A stretch of DNA of 64,000 nt, taken from the NCBI GenBank assembly GCA_963668025.2, contig CAXXTH010000019.1, positions 128,001-192,000 of the forward strand, in the 5' to 3' direction. This DNA is from Candidatus Hydrogenedentota bacterium (GTDB taxonomy: Bacteria > Hydrogenedentota > Hydrogenedentia > Hydrogenedentales > SLHB01). The notes beneath the pieces were generated by a model. That model was not told the DNA's origin and ran no database searches. It saw only the letters and a program-made list of their open reading frames with translations. Shown here piece after piece: positions 1 through 10,091 of the stretch. Position 1 is the stretch's first letter. Each line of letters opens with the position of its first letter. The position numbers and the translations under genes were made by a program.

Positions 1-638
1 GCAGCACATGAGAAGGACGGCCCTGTTTCGCCGGATTGTAGCCCAGCACGGCCCCTTCTTGATGGCCGAACAGGGGCTTCACGCTTGTATCCACGTCCAA
101 AATCCAAGGCTCATAAAGCAACGGCTCATAACAGCGGCGCAGGTGCTTCTGTAGCCAGCCCGCGCAGGCTTCCCCGTCCGCCAGTATAAATGCCCGCCGC
201 GCCGAGGAGGCGCTCATGATCTTGCTCATACCCAGCAAGCCCGGGTTCACCGCGTCGTAACGGACCGCGTCAATGTGCGCATAGCGGGTGTGGCCCGCCA
301 GCACTGATAAAAATAGCGTGCCCAGCACATCCCTCTTGCGCGGCGCATTATTGCTGGCGTACGCCAGCGGACAGTCCTCCACCCACGCTTCAAAAAGCTC
401 CGCCGTCTTGAGGAAATCGATAAAGAACGCCAACTGGCCAAACGGCGTCGTTGCCGCCTCCCGGTCCCATTCCACATGCACCCGGCCCCCGTAGCTATCT
501 ACGAAAATCGGCGCCTCCAAAGACAACCATTCCTCCTCTCCCAATGGGGGAGCATCTTGCTGTTGCGATTCTGTTTCCATGTTCTTTATCTTGAACTACT
601 TCCTGCTCGACACTCAAGATTCAACTGGCGTTTTTAGG
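1..638 (-). mobile_element. IS1380-family element, copy 1 (runs off window start; transposase ATG at 580)
   Basis: Near-identical to 15085-15722 (2 substitutions noticed); ends in the same terminal repeat ...ACTGGCGTTTTTAGG. Confidence 0.92.
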
Positions 639-640
639 GT

Positions 641-710
641 GATACATCATTTTGCGTCCAACGACCGGCGCCCTCGCCGGTCATTCTTCACCACTTGGCT
701 AAAGTGTTGC
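641..710 (-). repeat. Half copy of the MITE at 23092-23230, interrupted by IS1380
   Basis: Reverse complement GCAACACTTTAGCCAAGTGGTGAAGAATGACCG...AAAATGATGTAT matches 23092-23160. Confidence 0.85.
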
Positions 711-717
711 CAAAAAT

Positions 718-757
718 AAAACCGGGGAAGCCTCATTTCTGGGCTTCCCCGGTTTTT
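718..757. terminator. Intrinsic terminator, probably bidirectional
   Basis: AAAACCGGGGAAGCC-N9-GGCTTCCCCGGTTTT, just downstream of the stop at 776. Confidence 0.85.
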
Positions 758-775
758 ACATATTCGTGGAATGGC

Positions 776-2482
776 TTATAGGGAATCGAATACGCGCTGG
801 CCTTCCGTTTTATCTTCCACCATGGTCTGGTTCTGCGCGAGCACTTGGATCTTGGCCTCGAAATCGGGCACGCGCTGGGAGATGAGCGTTTCCTCGATAC
901 GCTTCTTGAGTTCGGGGGTCAGGTCTTCCCGGAACTGGTATTGAGGCACGGTATTCGTCGCGACATTCTCATACACGCCGACATGCGCGCCATCGATGGT
1001 GCGGTAATAGACGCTCCAATTGCCGTTCATGACGCACTCGGCCCACATGTCCACCGGGACGTCAAAGCGGTCTTTCGTGGGAATTTTCGCGAAGAAGTAA
1101 TCGCGGGAAGCGGAGATCTCGATTTCTTTCGCGACCAGGTCCGCGTATTCTTGCATGAGCTGCGGGTCCACCCATTGAGCCGCTTTCACTTTAGCGAGCA
1201 GGGCGTCCACCGTCGAAACGCGGGCGTCATGGCTGAATTTCTCGGGGGTCAAGGGAAGGCCGTCACGGATCTGAATCGACAGGACGCTGACCGCATGCTC
1301 CAAGGCGTTCTTGGTGTCCATGCGCCGGACATCGGCTTCTTGAAGTTTGCCGACTTCACCCTCGAGGCGGTCGGTCTCGGAGAGCATGCCATCGCGGCGG
1401 GCCTGCCAGATCGAGGTCTGGTTGAGGAGATCCTCGTAGTCTTTCTCGGCGCGGAGATATTCGTCTTTCTTCGTGGCAAGCTGGCGTTCGACTTCATCCA
1501 AGGCTTCTTTATTGGTGGTGACGTCTTCTTCCAGCTTGGTCTTTTGCGCATTCAGGTCTTGGATCTCTTGCTGCATTTTCGCTATTTGCTCAAGACTGAT
1601 CTGTCCGCCATCAATATCCTTAGGTATTCCCTCATCGATAATCTTCTTTTGCTGCGCGACCGTGGATTCCAGTTGAGCGATCTGGTCGCTCAAGTCCTTG
1701 TTCTCGACCTGCCATGGGTTCATAGGCATGAACCCAAGGCCCCATTCTTTCGTGGCCTTGGGGCCAAGAAGGAGGCCGAGGGCGAGCGCGACGATGACCA
1801 GGACCACGGTGACCAGAATGCTCGAGCCGCCGCCGCCACCACCGCCTCGGGGTGCGCCCGCAGCCATGCCCATCCCCATGCCCATGGGTGAAGGGGTGGC
1901 AGGCTGGGTGGGCACCGCCGTATCTGGAGAGAAATCGGGAACGGGGGTGCCGCCTTCGAAGTTGAAGCCGCCGAAATCTCCGCCGCCGCCAAACGCATCC
2001 CCATCGAATCCGCCGGGTTGCTGCTGGCCGCTGGGCCGCCCTTGATTCGCCCCTCCGAACATAGGTGTCTCCATGGCTTGTGTCGGTGTGGAAGTGCCGA
2101 CTCCCTGGCCTACCCCACTGCCGCCGCCAAAGGCGCTATCGAACAGGGGCGTTTCAAAATCCGAGTTTGGGCCGGGCCCTAACGCGGGGGTTTCTGGGGA
2201 AAAATCGCTATCCGCGGCGGCTCCGGGGAAACTCCCGGCGCCAAAATCCGAGATGGGGGTGTCGAAATCGGATCTACGGGATTCGAGGTTTGATGGAGGG
2301 GGCTTAATGGCGCCGCCAGTGGGTACAGGAACCTCGACATTGATGTCACTGATGGGAGGAAGCCCGCTGATTGGGCCATCCTCTTCGTCCTTTCCGCCGG
2401 ACGTATCGAAATCGCCTAGCGGGGGGAGATTCCCGAAATCGCTATCGTGCGATTCATCCCCCTTTTTTTTCTCACCAGCCAT
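776..2482 (-). CDS. Hypothetical single-pass membrane protein: acidic G/P/D/F low-complexity N-terminus, TM helix, coiled coil, C-terminal domain
   Basis: ORF translation; start placed at MAGEKKK; TM segment ILVTVVLVIVALALGLLLG. Confidence 0.8.
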   Translation of the reverse strand: MAGEKKKGDESHDSDFGNLPPLGDFDTSGGKDEEDGPISGLPPISDINVEVPVPTGGAIKPPPSNLESRRSDFDTPISDFGAGSFPGAAADSDFSPETPALGPGPNSDFETPLFDSAFGGGSGVGQGVGTSTPTQAMETPMFGGANQGRPSGQQQPGGFDGDAFGGGGDFGGFNFEGGTPVPDFSPDTAVPTQPATPSPMGMGMGMAAGAPRGGGGGGGSSILVTVVLVIVALALGLLLGPKATKEWGLGFMPMNPWQVENKDLSDQIAQLESTVAQQKKIIDEGIPKDIDGGQISLEQIAKMQQEIQDLNAQKTKLEEDVTTNKEALDEVERQLATKKDEYLRAEKDYEDLLNQTSIWQARRDGMLSETDRLEGEVGKLQEADVRRMDTKNALEHAVSVLSIQIRDGLPLTPEKFSHDARVSTVDALLAKVKAAQWVDPQLMQEYADLVAKEIEISASRDYFFAKIPTKDRFDVPVDMWAECVMNGNWSVYYRTIDGAHVGVYENVATNTVPQYQFREDLTPELKKRIEETLISQRVPDFEAKIQVLAQNQTMVEDKTEGQRVFDSL

Positions 2483-2702
2483 GCGCACAAACCTCCATGC
2501 TTGGATATCAAACAATACAAAGCTTTTCACCCAGTTTAAGTCGCATTCTAGCATGCAACCTGGGCGCAGTCAAGAAAATCCCCAGCCCTTATTCCGCCTC
2601 GCAATCGGGGCGGGAACCGCGTAAATATAGGGTGCAAGCCTTTCTGTTGCAGCGCTATCCGGGCTTGCCCCCTTTGTTTCGAGTGGTGTGTAAAATGCGA
2701 AA

Positions 2703-4379
2703 TCAGCCAACGGCTCCCCCTCGGCCGCGCATGCGGTCCACCTGCGGTTTCAACGCGGGATTCAATTGGACGGCGCGGTCGAGAAGCGGCTGAATGCGGT
2801 TTGTATCGCCCATGGCCCGGTAACAATGGGCCAGCCCCAATGCGGCTTCGGCCAGCATGGCGCTATTGTTTGGGGTGGGCGCTTGTTTTAAGGCTCCTTC
2901 AAACTGGCGTGCAGCCATATCGAATTGTTGTTCTTGGGCGGAGATGCGGCCAAGCGAGAGCAAGGATTCGAGTTCATCGCCGCCCATTTCCTCTGGGGCT
3001 TGCCCCGCCTTGCGTTTTGCTTCATAGAACACCAGCACGCGTTCGTATTCCCGGCGCGCTCCTGGCCGGTTATGCAGGATGTCCTCGTAGGTGACGGCCA
3101 GGTTGAAATGGACGCGCACGGCGTCCGGGCTTTTCGAGAGGGTATCGAGGAAGAGGGTTTCGTTATTCCGCCAATCCTGATTCCGCGCCGCCGTGAATGC
3201 GATGCACGCCACGCAGGCGGCAGCCACCAGCCCTATCGCGATGCCGCTCGTGGACGTGCGGCGGCTGGCGGCGAACCATATGATCTCCGCCAGGGCCCAT
3301 AGGAAGCCGATCATGGGCATGTATAGCCAATGCTCGGCCAGCGGGGCATTGAGCGGGAAAATTCCCGAAATAGGCAGCCAGGCCGCTAAAAACCATCCCA
3401 TGGCGCAGACCAGCCGGTAGCGCCGCGTGCGCCATCCCCAGCCAATGCCGCCCGCGCATGCCAGCAGCAATACGCCTCCGATGGCGGCATGCCATCCGGG
3501 AACGCCTTCGAGCGTCCGCTCCATATGCAGGCCGGTAGGAATAAACAGCAGGCGGATGTAGATGCTAAAGGATTGAAGCGCTTGTACGGCGCGCGCCAGG
3601 AGAGGCGCGGCGTTTGCGGCCCCGCCTTCTCCAAAATGAAGGATAGTCATGCGCAATAAGGCATAGAACGCCGTGGCGGCTACAGCCGCCACCAGCGGTG
3701 CGGCTCTCCGCATTCGGTGAAGCGGAGCCGGTGAGCCGTCATCGCGGTGTGGCGCGGCGGCTAACACGAACAGCAAGAGCACGGGATAAATCAGCGCGGA
3801 TTCTTTACTGAGCAGTGCGGCGATAAAGCACAGCGTGCCGCATAGGAGGCCTGCCAGCCGCTGGCGCGGGCCGTTTTCCCATAAAGCGAACCAAAGGCCC
3901 GCCAGCATAAACGCACCCGCCATCGAATCGCCCCGTCCGCTGATATAGGTGACCGCCTCGGTATGAAGCGGATGGACCGCGAAAAGGAGCGGAGCGGCCA
4001 GGCATGCGAACCGGGGCGCTTGCATGCGCAGTAGCAGGGCCAAAAACAGCAGCGCCGCCGCGATGTGCCAGGCGATGCTGGATACATGGAACACAAGCGG
4101 GCTGGGAGCCGCGTCCGGAGCGGGTCGCGATAGGGCGTAATCCAGCATGAACGAAGCGGCGAGGAGGGGGCGGTAGAAATTCCCCTGGCCGCGGCCATAC
4201 GCATGGAGATCCTCGCGGAAAAGCTGGAAGAATTGCGACGGATCTTGCACATGCTGATGAATCAGGATCGACGACGCGTCATCCCAGACAAACTCGTTGC
4301 GCAAGCTATTGGCATATGCGAGGATGCCAGCCGCTACGATGGCGGTTGCGGCGAACCATCGAAACTGTCGCTCGCTCAT
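2703..4379 (-). CDS. TMTC-like GT-C glycosyltransferase with C-terminal TPRs
   Basis: FVWDD, YRPL, LFAVHPLHTEAV..ISGR, SKES, AEHWLYMP and RNQDW motifs; many TM helices; TPR tail. Confidence 0.85.
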   Translation of the reverse strand: MSERQFRWFAATAIVAAGILAYANSLRNEFVWDDASSILIHQHVQDPSQFFQLFREDLHAYGRGQGNFYRPLLAASFMLDYALSRPAPDAAPSPLVFHVSSIAWHIAAALLFLALLLRMQAPRFACLAAPLLFAVHPLHTEAVTYISGRGDSMAGAFMLAGLWFALWENGPRQRLAGLLCGTLCFIAALLSKESALIYPVLLLFVLAAAPHRDDGSPAPLHRMRRAAPLVAAVAATAFYALLRMTILHFGEGGAANAAPLLARAVQALQSFSIYIRLLFIPTGLHMERTLEGVPGWHAAIGGVLLLACAGGIGWGWRTRRYRLVCAMGWFLAAWLPISGIFPLNAPLAEHWLYMPMIGFLWALAEIIWFAASRRTSTSGIAIGLVAAACVACIAFTAARNQDWRNNETLFLDTLSKSPDAVRVHFNLAVTYEDILHNRPGARREYERVLVFYEAKRKAGQAPEEMGGDELESLLSLGRISAQEQQFDMAARQFEGALKQAPTPNNSAMLAEAALGLAHCYRAMGDTNRIQPLLDRAVQLNPALKPQVDRMRGRGGAVG

Positions 4380-4401
4380 GAGCCTCGCGCTTCCTGTTTA
4401 G

Positions 4402-5079
4402 TCATCGCATTACTTGGAAGGTGTCGCCTGTGGCGAGGTAACGCAATCCAACGCCCCGCCGCTTGCCGATGACCTCCTCGAACCGGAGTCCATCAAACTC
4501 ACTCCCTTCCCGTATTTGCTCCCGTTTGGTTTCCCCGGTTTCTGGAATGCGCACTTCGAGCTGGGCGTACGTGATCTCTTTGGGCGGCGTGACGCTATCG
4601 TCTTTTTCCATGTAAAATCCGAGGACACGCACTACCGGCCGGTTATTATGCAGTTTCGCCCATTCGCGGTAGCGATCGATAATGCCTTTATCGGACCCCA
4701 GCACATCGAGCAGATCGGTCGTCAGCAACACCACGGCGGCGTTTTGGGCTTCCCGGGCGGTGCGCATGCGCGTATCCAGGTCTTGCATGACCTTCTCGAT
4801 GGCGGCTTTGCCATTAGGCTCCGCCTCGCTCTTCGTTTTCCAATCTCCTAAATATTTGAGGAGCTGGGCATGGCCTTCCGGCGACACCAAGAATTGCAGC
4901 GGCGTTCCTGGCGGAATGATCTCGAGCAACTGCAAGCTTTGCAGGGCCTCCGAGACCATTTGGTCCACCGATACAGGAGGGGGCGTAGTCTCCGGCGGCT
5001 TTTCCTCTTTTTTCTCTTCTTTACAGCCAGCCACGGTGAGCGCCAACATGATGCACGCCAGAACAAGTCGAGTCCACAT
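4402..5079 (-). CDS. Hypothetical lipoprotein, paralog of 5120-5770
   Basis: Lipobox VAGC; C-terminus GLRFEEVIGKRRGVGLRYLATGDTFQVMR. Confidence 0.75.
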   Translation of the reverse strand: MWTRLVLACIMLALTVAGCKEEKKEEKPPETTPPPVSVDQMVSEALQSLQLLEIIPPGTPLQFLVSPEGHAQLLKYLGDWKTKSEAEPNGKAAIEKVMQDLDTRMRTAREAQNAAVVLLTTDLLDVLGSDKGIIDRYREWAKLHNNRPVVRVLGFYMEKDDSVTPPKEITYAQLEVRIPETGETKREQIREGSEFDGLRFEEVIGKRRGVGLRYLATGDTFQVMR

Positions 5080-5119
5080 AGGGTTGGGCCTTTCGTATAT
5101 GGTGCGAATTTCCGGTTTT

Positions 5120-5770
5120 CTAACGCAAGACGTCAAATTCGTCACCCGTCGGCAAATACCGCAGGCGAATGCCCTTCATTTTACCAATGGTCTCGATATA
5201 CTTGAGCCCAAAGAACTCTTCATTTTCCATAACTTGTTTGCGTTCCGTCCTATCTTCATCGGGCAAATAGACTTCGACAATCACCATCGCTTTATTGGTA
5301 TTTGTATCCGTGGTGAAGCCTTTGATGAAAACTTGTGGCTTGCTCTTCTCCAATTTTGCCCGTTCCCGATAGGATTCAATACGCGTGTCGTCAGGCACAA
5401 ACGCTTCTAGGGCGTCACACATTTTAAGGACGGCATTCCAATCATTGGGCTGGTTAGTGGTTTCCGCAGTGGTTTTGGCGGTTTTCAACAACTCCCGCAC
5501 ATCACTGGTAATCATGGTCTTCGCCGTAGCGCCGTTCGGCTCGGGATTCAATTTAGAGACGATTTCATTGACTTTTTGCTGCACTTCTTCCTTTGTAGCT
5601 GGCACGCCCGGCGTCAAGATGGCCGTTAGCGTGTTCAATGCCTCGCTACGCAATTGTTCCGCGCTGGGCGGAGGAGGCGGCGGAGCCTCGACCGGCTTTG
5701 GGGGTTCTTTTTCTTTGCATGCGGCACATGCCACTGCTAAGATGAAGATGAGAATGGTCGCTCGTTTCAT
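5120..5770 (-). CDS. Hypothetical lipoprotein, paralog of 4402-5079
   Basis: Lipobox-like CAAC; Pro linker; C-terminus GLKYIETIGKMKGIRLRYLPTGDEFDVLR. Confidence 0.8.
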   Translation of the reverse strand: MKRATILIFILAVACAACKEKEPPKPVEAPPPPPPSAEQLRSEALNTLTAILTPGVPATKEEVQQKVNEIVSKLNPEPNGATAKTMITSDVRELLKTAKTTAETTNQPNDWNAVLKMCDALEAFVPDDTRIESYRERAKLEKSKPQVFIKGFTTDTNTNKAMVIVEVYLPDEDRTERKQVMENEEFFGLKYIETIGKMKGIRLRYLPTGDEFDVLR

Positions 5771-6022
5771 GCTGCTCCCCTCAATATACGCTCATGTATG
5801 CATGATTCCCGCCGCAAAGCCCACTCCGCGGCCTTTTTGTCAACCAATTATAGTCAAAAAAAACGTGTAAGAGCAAGGGAATATCACAAGGTTTTATGGT
5901 AAATCACACCCGCTGTCGAAATAAGGAGGGATTGATGGCTCGTAATCGGCGCTTCCACAAATACCACGCATGTCTTCGCGGATTGCCTGAACAATAGAAA
6001 CAAGAACCCAGACTATTTCCAT

Positions 6023-6312
6023 ACACCCAAAGCGGCAGCGGGCTTCCGAACTCCAAACTATTTGACATGAAAAGACTTAGAGCGAATGTTTGGCGAGATC
6101 GATTGCTGCCGCTTTCATGTTCTTTTTCGCACTACTACCTGTCAGGATGTCGTTTTCTTGCGAAGATTCTTCATGCAAATCCAGTCGCATCACATGGGCG
6201 GGACGCCCATGCTACGGGAGATGCAAAAACATTTTAGAGGATATATTGGCGTTCATTCGCGTCCATTCGCGGTTAAAAGCAAGCCGTTTGGTTGCGGCCA
6301 TGCCGCGTTACG
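6023..6312. repeat. Cluster of REP-like palindromes (composite)
   Basis: AAAGCGGCAGC...TTGCTGCCGCTTT pair as at 9913-10000; CATGGGCGGGACGCCCATG...GTTGCGGCCATGCCGCG composite as at 39370-39487. Confidence 0.7.
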
Positions 6313-6366
6313 TATTTCGCTGTTGTTTCCCGTTTTTGGCTTGCTCGCTCCATTTTCGAAAATCCT

Positions 6367-8737
6367 TTAATGGAGGCGTGTAATCCCCTCGCCGCAGCTT
6401 GGCAGCACTTCCCGGAACTCGGCCGGGCCAAGGGCGAAGACCACAAAACCGCCCACGCCCGCATCGCGCGCGGCGCGCACCTGTTCGACAAGGCGCACGG
6501 CGTCCCCCGGCTCCGGCCATACACTGATGCCAATGCCGGGATACAAAGCGGCCTTGCCCACCCATGCCTTCTGCTTCCGCACCTGCGTGGCGAATTGGGG
6601 CGTATAGGGCGTGTAGTCCATGGGACAGGCGAAATCGAGATATCCCTGTTCACACCAGGCTTTCCAGTCCTGCCCGAGCGTGTCGCGGTCCACGGGCCAA
6701 TTGGTGAACAGGGCGGCGGACACCTGGATGCCGGGGCGGGCCTTGCGCGCACCCTCACTTGCGGCGGCCACGACCTTCGTTATGGCTGCGCGGCGGAATT
6801 CTAGCCATTTTGGGGCCAGCGCCGGATCGGTGCGAACATCTCCGGGCCAATGAGCTACCTTTTTACCGATGCGCTCCTCGAAGCGTTTGCGGCAGCCAGC
6901 ACAGAAGCAGGTGTCGGCGTTTTCGTAGCGGATATAGTCGAAATGGACGCCATCCAGCTCGTATTTCCGGGCGAGTTCGAGCATCACGCCGATCTCGATC
7001 TGCTGGTTCGCGGGATTTGTGGGGCAAAGCCATTGCGATTGGACCGAGCCGTCGTAGCGCACGGCGAGGCGGCCTTCGCGCTTCATGCGTTCGAGGAAGG
7101 AGGCTGGGGCGTCATTGTCCAGCTTCCAGCAGATTTTCCAGGCATGGCATTTGACGCCATACTGTTTGCATGCCGCCACGCAGGCCGCCACTGGATCGCC
7201 CTTGGTCCGCACTTCATCCGATACGGGCAGCACTTCACTCGGATAATACGCCACGCCGCCGGAGGCCATTCGAGGAAACACGGCGTTGAAGCCATTGGCC
7301 GCGAGTACGCGGATGGTCTCATCCCAATCTTTTCCCGGTGCGCCCCAGGCGTCGTTTATCCAAAAACCACGAAACTCACCCGGTTTGGAGGATTGGGCGG
7401 CGCAATAAGCCCGGGCCAAGGCGTCTTGGGCCTGTGCGGCGGCTGTGATGGCATCGGCATATTGCTCTTTCTTCAACATATCTTGCGCGCGCATGCGCTG
7501 TTCGGCGGCTTGGGCGAGATGGGCGGTGGCGCGCTCGTTCGCCTGGGCTTTGATGGCGCTCTGGGCGGCTTCAAAGGAAGTATACGGTCCCACGTTTCCG
7601 ATGCGGCCGACATTCCGTGATGCGGTCTCGCGTATGGCGTTGGGGATAAACTTGCCCAGCATGCCCAGCATGAGCCGTTGCTTGCCCGCCCAGTCGTCGC
7701 GCAAGAGGACATGAGTCATGAAGACGCCTTGGGTGGAGGCCAATATGGCCGCTTGGCCGGAATCGGCGCCCGCGGCGTCATGCCATTCCGCCGCCACTTC
7801 GCTTTTGCCTTTCACCGGCGTGGCGCGGCGGATGTTCCAGGAGGCTTGGCTGAGGGTGTCCGGGGCGCAAGGCAGCCCCGCGCTTGTTTTATGAATTTGG
7901 GCGAACTGCCCCGGCGATTGTTCCGCCATGAATCCGCCCATCTCGAATCCGAGGCGGCTGGCCAGCGATTGGGGTAAATCATAGAACGCCACAATGCCGC
8001 CGCCCGCATCGGCATGGCGGATGAGCGCGGCGGACGCCTGGGCGGGCAAATCGCCGTTGTAGGGCAGAATCACCACGCGGACGCCTTTTAGGCGGGCGGA
8101 TGACAAATCGGATTCCTGTACAATCATGGGAGGCAGCCCCAGCGCATCCAAGGCGGCGTCCACATTCTTCGCGTACTGGAGGGCGCTTGCATCGCCGCTC
8201 AGCGCGAGGACGATATCTGGCCGGGCTGGGCGGGCCTGCATATCCGCGAGATAAAACGAAGTATCGGAATCGATTCCCTTCCACGCCGCGATGCGGATGC
8301 GGTCGATCTTGCCCCAATCAATGACTACATCGGACACGGCCATGTCCATTTTCGAGACGGATACGAACGCCCAATCGCCGCCTTGGTCCGCGATGAGGTT
8401 CGTGAAGTTCGCGGAACGCCATGCGCCCTGGCTGCCGAAATACAAGGTGAATCCGCCGATGGGAGACATGTCAGGGCAATAAAAAGCGAATTGGACGCCG
8501 CGCCCCGTGCGCAAATCGAGCGATACAGGCAGATCCCAAGCGGCGCGGTCGGCGGTCGAGGATGAAAACGTACACGGAAATTGGAGGGCCCTCACGGCCT
8601 TGAATGGTCGCACGCGACACGGCAGGGCTGCCGCCCACCGGCGACCACGCGGCGGGATCATCGCCCAGGGCGTGGGCAAGGCAGGGGCACAAGGATAAGG
8701 CAAGATAAAGAAGGATGCGGGGAATAGCGGTCTGCAT
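6367..8737 (-). CDS. Secreted GH10-like (DUF187/GHL10) glycoside hydrolase, one frameshift at ~8590
   Basis: EFRGFW, YYPSEVLP and YELDGVHFDYIRY motifs; signal peptide MQTAIPRILLYLALSLCPCLAHA is in another frame and joins if one G of a GGG run is removed. Confidence 0.8.
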
Positions 8738-8798
8738 GGCGGCAATTTCCTTCCGTTGTAGTCCGAGCCAGCGTCCAAGCGGATAAGGATATACGGCT

Positions 8799-9374
8799 TC
8801 ACCCGTTTCCAGGCTCGTGATCATCAGTATCAGATTCCGTTGTGTCCGGTTGCCAGTTTCGAAAACCGACAAGTTTCAAATATGGTCTCTCAGTTCCGTC
8901 GGGAAGCACGTGAAGGAATCTCGTCCCTCTCCTGACGTACTCATCGTCACAACATTTGCACCAGTAACGATATTGTCCCCATTTTTCGCGACCATAGATC
9001 CGCCCCACTACCCAAGCATAATCATTTATGCTACAGCATTGTCCTCCTCTGCACGGTGGAAAAGGATAGAAGAGCAGAAGAGGTCCAAGTTTAAGCGCCC
9101 ACACCAGCAACAATACGATGACTATCAGCGATGGAACGCCAATCCATAGGCTAAGGCCGATTTCGTCGTTGAGATGCGAAGCTAGTGCGAGGGAAATACT
9201 GTATAGGAAGATTACGAAAATGAATCTACCAGGCCATCTAATTTGACCAACAAATAGATCAGCCAAAAAGACGGCCCACCCCCATCGCCCAACAATGAGT
9301 CCTTCAAAAAGTGATATTTTCACGCGATCCTCCAATAAAACCAGTCTAGCTACACGCATCTCCGAAACCAACAC
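8799..9374 (-). CDS. Hypothetical membrane protein with Cys-rich C-terminus, lower GC (possible immunity protein; start uncertain)
   Basis: Two TM segments, then PPCRGGQC...YWCKCC. Confidence 0.55.
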   Translation of the reverse strand: MLVSEMRVARLVLLEDRVKISLFEGLIVGRWGWAVFLADLFVGQIRWPGRFIFVIFLYSISLALASHLNDEIGLSLWIGVPSLIVIVLLLVWALKLGPLLLFYPFPPCRGGQCCSINDYAWVVGRIYGREKWGQYRYWCKCCDDEYVRRGTRFLHVLPDGTERPYLKLVGFRNWQPDTTESDTDDHEPGNG

Positions 9375-9840
9375 TGCTGGAGATCACACTTCCCGACGCA
9401 GACAGCACATTGGGTCCAGTCTTCATAGCTGCAGAGATATTCCCACCAATTCCCCCCAACTTAGGGTCGGGCTTCCACACTTGACCCAAATCGCGAAAAG
9501 GATTCCAGGCCGCCCAACCGGGGATAGGCTGATTCTCGGGCAAACTTAAGCGGGAAGCCAATCCATGCGCACAGGTCCAGCAATCGCGGCACTACCGACG
9601 AAGGCACCAATATTATATCTTATGTTTTTCAGGAGAATGATCATTCCTTAAACTCCAGAACATCAAAAACACGCCTGCGGCAGCCGCAACGAATAACCCT
9701 CCAGTAACCACGGCAGCGGGAACCCCGAATACCACAGCACCTGTTGCAGCCCCTACGAAAATGATCGCTCCTGCTGCCCCGTCTAGAGCCCCTCCTGCGA
9801 CCCCCTGCAAATCTCTTTACCCAACACCCGATTTAGAACA
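9346..9840 (-). pseudogene. Frameshifted Gly/Ala-rich ORF resembling an Rhs/polymorphic toxin C-terminal tip
   Basis: Pieces in different frames join into one GA-rich hydrophobic peptide (GVAGGALDGAAG / NIGAFVGSAAIAG / LASRLSLP...GDACS*). Confidence 0.4.
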
Positions 9841-9912
9841 AAGCTGAATAGGGAGTTCAGGATGGCTTATACGCCTCACTAAACGTTACACATAATGCTT
9901 AATAAAATCCGC

Positions 9913-10000
9913 ACACCCAAAGCGGCAGCAAGCTGCCGCACTCCATATAGCGAAATATACGTTAATACCCATATGGAGTGCGGTAGCTTGCTACCGCTTT
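9913..10000. repeat. Inverted REP-like pair
   Basis: AAAGCGGCAGCAAGCTGCCGCACTCCATAT ... ATATGGAGTGCGGTAGCTTGCTACCGCTTT. Confidence 0.8.
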
Positions 10001-10091
10001 TTTGTTCTCTTTCGCATACATCATCTGTTTTTTCATCATCAGGCTTGTTAGCGCTGTTATGTCAAAAAGTTTCTGGAAGGGGGTCCGGGGG

